In this document: one piece after another, positions 30,466 to 32,000 of the stretch
Position numbering within the stretch: position 1 is the first letter of the stretch
Layout of the letters: every line of letters starts with the position of its first letter
Notes under the pieces: generated by a model
What the model was told of the DNA's origin: nothing
What the model saw: only the letters and a program-made list of their open reading frames with translations
Databases searched by the model: none
Assembly: GCA_018985225.1 (NCBI GenBank)
Contig: JADGIF010000026.1
Span: 1-32,000 of the forward strand
Direction: 5' to 3'
DNA length: 32,000 nucleotides
Source: Amoeboradix gromovi X-113
Taxonomy: Eukaryota > Fungi > Sanchytriomycota
Translations under genes and position numbers: made by a program

Positions 30466-31643
30466 CTACTTCCAAACTTCTTTGTCCATTCTAAGTATCG
30501 CTTTACATCTTCTTTAGATACTGAAGGTTTAATTTTGGCAATTGCGTCATAAAAGTCTTTCAATACTACAGGTTCATTGAATTCGGCAGGATTCATATTT
30601 TTAATATCTTCCATTGCCATTCCCTTGATTTTCCTTCTTAAAACCATAAGAGCGGCATCTCTACAGATATTTGCAATATCGGCGCCACTATATCCATCAA
30701 GCTCTTCTATAATCTTGTTAAAGTCTACATTGTGACTGAGTTCGACGTCTCTTAATGAACTTTTCAACAACTCCAATCTACCCACTGGTCCTGGTAAGGG
30801 TATATACACTCTCTTCTCTAATCTTCGCCTTAACGCTTCGTCTAAATCCCAAGGAAAATTAGTGGCAGCAATTACAACTACAAATTTTTCATGATCAGAA
30901 GATAAACCATCCATTTGAACCAGAATTTCTGTTTTCATACGTCTACTGGATTCATGCTCTCCTGACCCACCTCTGCTACTACATAAACTATCAATTTCAT
31001 CAATAAATATTACGCTTGGTGCCTTTTCTCTAGCCGTTTCAAACAATATTCGAACTAATTTCTCGGAGTCTCCTTTCCATTTACTTGCTAAGGTTGAAGC
31101 GCTCACATTGAAAAATGTTGTCCCTATCTCACAGGATAGCGCTTTTGCAAGCAGCGTTTTGCCTGTTCCTGGAGGTCCATATAAGCACACTCCTTTCCAA
31201 GGCCTTCGTATTCCTTTGAAAAAGTTCGGAATTATCAAAGGTAGCACTACTGCTTCTCTCAGTAATTCTTTGGCATCATTTAGTCCCGCTATGTCTTCCC
31301 ATTTTACTTTTCCTTCCTTTGTCATTATATCATTAAGTACAATGTCATAAAGCTCCGAATCTCCAACTAACCCTTGCTTTTCAGCCTTTGGTTTTTCTTT
31401 GACTTTTGATTTATGGGTATTTTTCAAGTCATTGGATGATTTAGCCTTGAACGTTATCTTGGGTTTGTAGTCTAAAGCGCTTGATGTACTTGATTTTTTC
31501 AATTTTTTAACAGCAATGGGCATGTCAATTATGAAATACTTCTCAATTTCCTCAATCTCACTGACAACCTTTGCATACTTTGATTCCTTCTTGATTTTCA
31601 CATACTTTCCTAACAGCAAATCTTCCATCTCTTGGTTGTTCAT
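30462..31643 (-). CDS. KATNA1: Katanin p60 microtubule-severing AAA ATPase
   Basis: WEDIAGL..AKELLREAVVLP, FKGIRRPWKG, GPPGTGKT, FIDEID, EHESSRR.K.E, AATNFPWDLDEALRRRLEKR, C-terminal FGSS. Confidence 0.93.
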   Translation of the reverse strand: MNNQEMEDLLLGKYVKIKKESKYAKVVSEIEEIEKYFIIDMPIAVKKLKKSSTSSALDYKPKITFKAKSSNDLKNTHKSKVKEKPKAEKQGLVGDSELYDIVLNDIMTKEGKVKWEDIAGLNDAKELLREAVVLPLIIPNFFKGIRRPWKGVCLYGPPGTGKTLLAKALSCEIGTTFFNVSASTLASKWKGDSEKLVRILFETAREKAPSVIFIDEIDSLCSSRGGSGEHESSRRMKTEILVQMDGLSSDHEKFVVVIAATNFPWDLDEALRRRLEKRVYIPLPGPVGRLELLKSSLRDVELSHNVDFNKIIEELDGYSGADIANICRDAALMVLRRKIKGMAMEDIKNMNPAEFNEPVVLKDFYDAIAKIKPSVSKEDVKRYLEWTKKFGSS

Positions 31644-31672
31644 GGTTCAACTGTTTCAATACTTTTCCAAAC

Positions 31673-32000
31673 ATGATTTATCAGCTAATTATGTGCCGTG
31701 ATGGTAAATCTATCTTCGACTTGGGTACGAAAATATTTGATGTAAAGGATGTGCCTTTGCTGTTTTCCTTGCATCATTCCAATAAAATTAAGATGATAAA
31801 AGGCGAAAGTACCGCAATATATTTTAACGACATAGAGAATGTACTTTATATATCAACCCACCCAATTAATGAGCTAAGCCGTCTAATTCACAGTTACTGT
31901 ATAGCTCTCCATCGGACATTTCCTAATCATTTATCCGATATTTTGGGGCTTGTAAGTTCCAATATACAACAATTAAGATTGTTTTCTAGCATAAATGCAC
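31673..32000 (+). CDS. Partial ORF of unknown function running off the window end
   Basis: Open frame MIYQLIMCRDGKSIFDLGTKIFDVKDVPLLFSLHH... for more than 105 codons with no stop before 32000; missing from the ORF track. Confidence 0.7.
   Translation, partial: MIYQLIMCRDGKSIFDLGTKIFDVKDVPLLFSLHHSNKIKMIKGESTAIYFNDIENVLYISTHPINELSRLIHSYCIALHRTFPNHLSDILGLVSSNIQQLRLFSSINA

Noticed and set aside
424-31643. Stop-codon reassignment as an explanation for split ORFs
   Set aside because: TAA, TAG and TGA all end conserved proteins at the expected positions, and the splits involve frame changes resolved by GT-AG introns.
31800-31960. RNase MRP-like words (GAAAGTACC...TGGGGCTT) and small hairpins
   Set aside because: They lie within a long open plus-strand frame from 31673, and the P4 pairing is imperfect.

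Overview
Gene-dense, AT-rich eukaryotic nuclear DNA using the standard code, with very short intergenic gaps and 19-20 nt GT-AG introns. The gene set (WAVE-complex CYFIP, katanin, Tonsoku-like, divergent housekeeping proteins, a secreted LRR relic) suggests a compact early-diverging fungal or amoeboid opisthokont genome; a sanchytrid-like source is an inference only. Housekeeping genes: Nup107/84, EMC1, CYFIP, SF3B1, an ARM-TPR protein, Vps55, delta-COP, RPB1, CTR9-like, TONSL-like, katanin p60, and a partial ORF at the right edge. The main hidden feature is a family of eukaryotic IS607-type transposons (serine-recombinase TnpA plus Fanzor2/TnpB nuclease plus right-end omegaRNA). Four internally deleted copies occur at 12755-13178 (-), 15412-16020 (+), 29500-30465 (-) and 29682-30252 (+, nested inside the previous copy). 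Together they give precise ends, an AG core dinucleotide, a predicted YAG TAM, a conserved omegaRNA scaffold and four different guides. One copy supplies the katanin stop codon. A more distant Fanzor2 relic lies at about 4500-5110. Two strongly base-paired non-coding regions (16152-16548 and 24041-24270) could not be assigned to a family.
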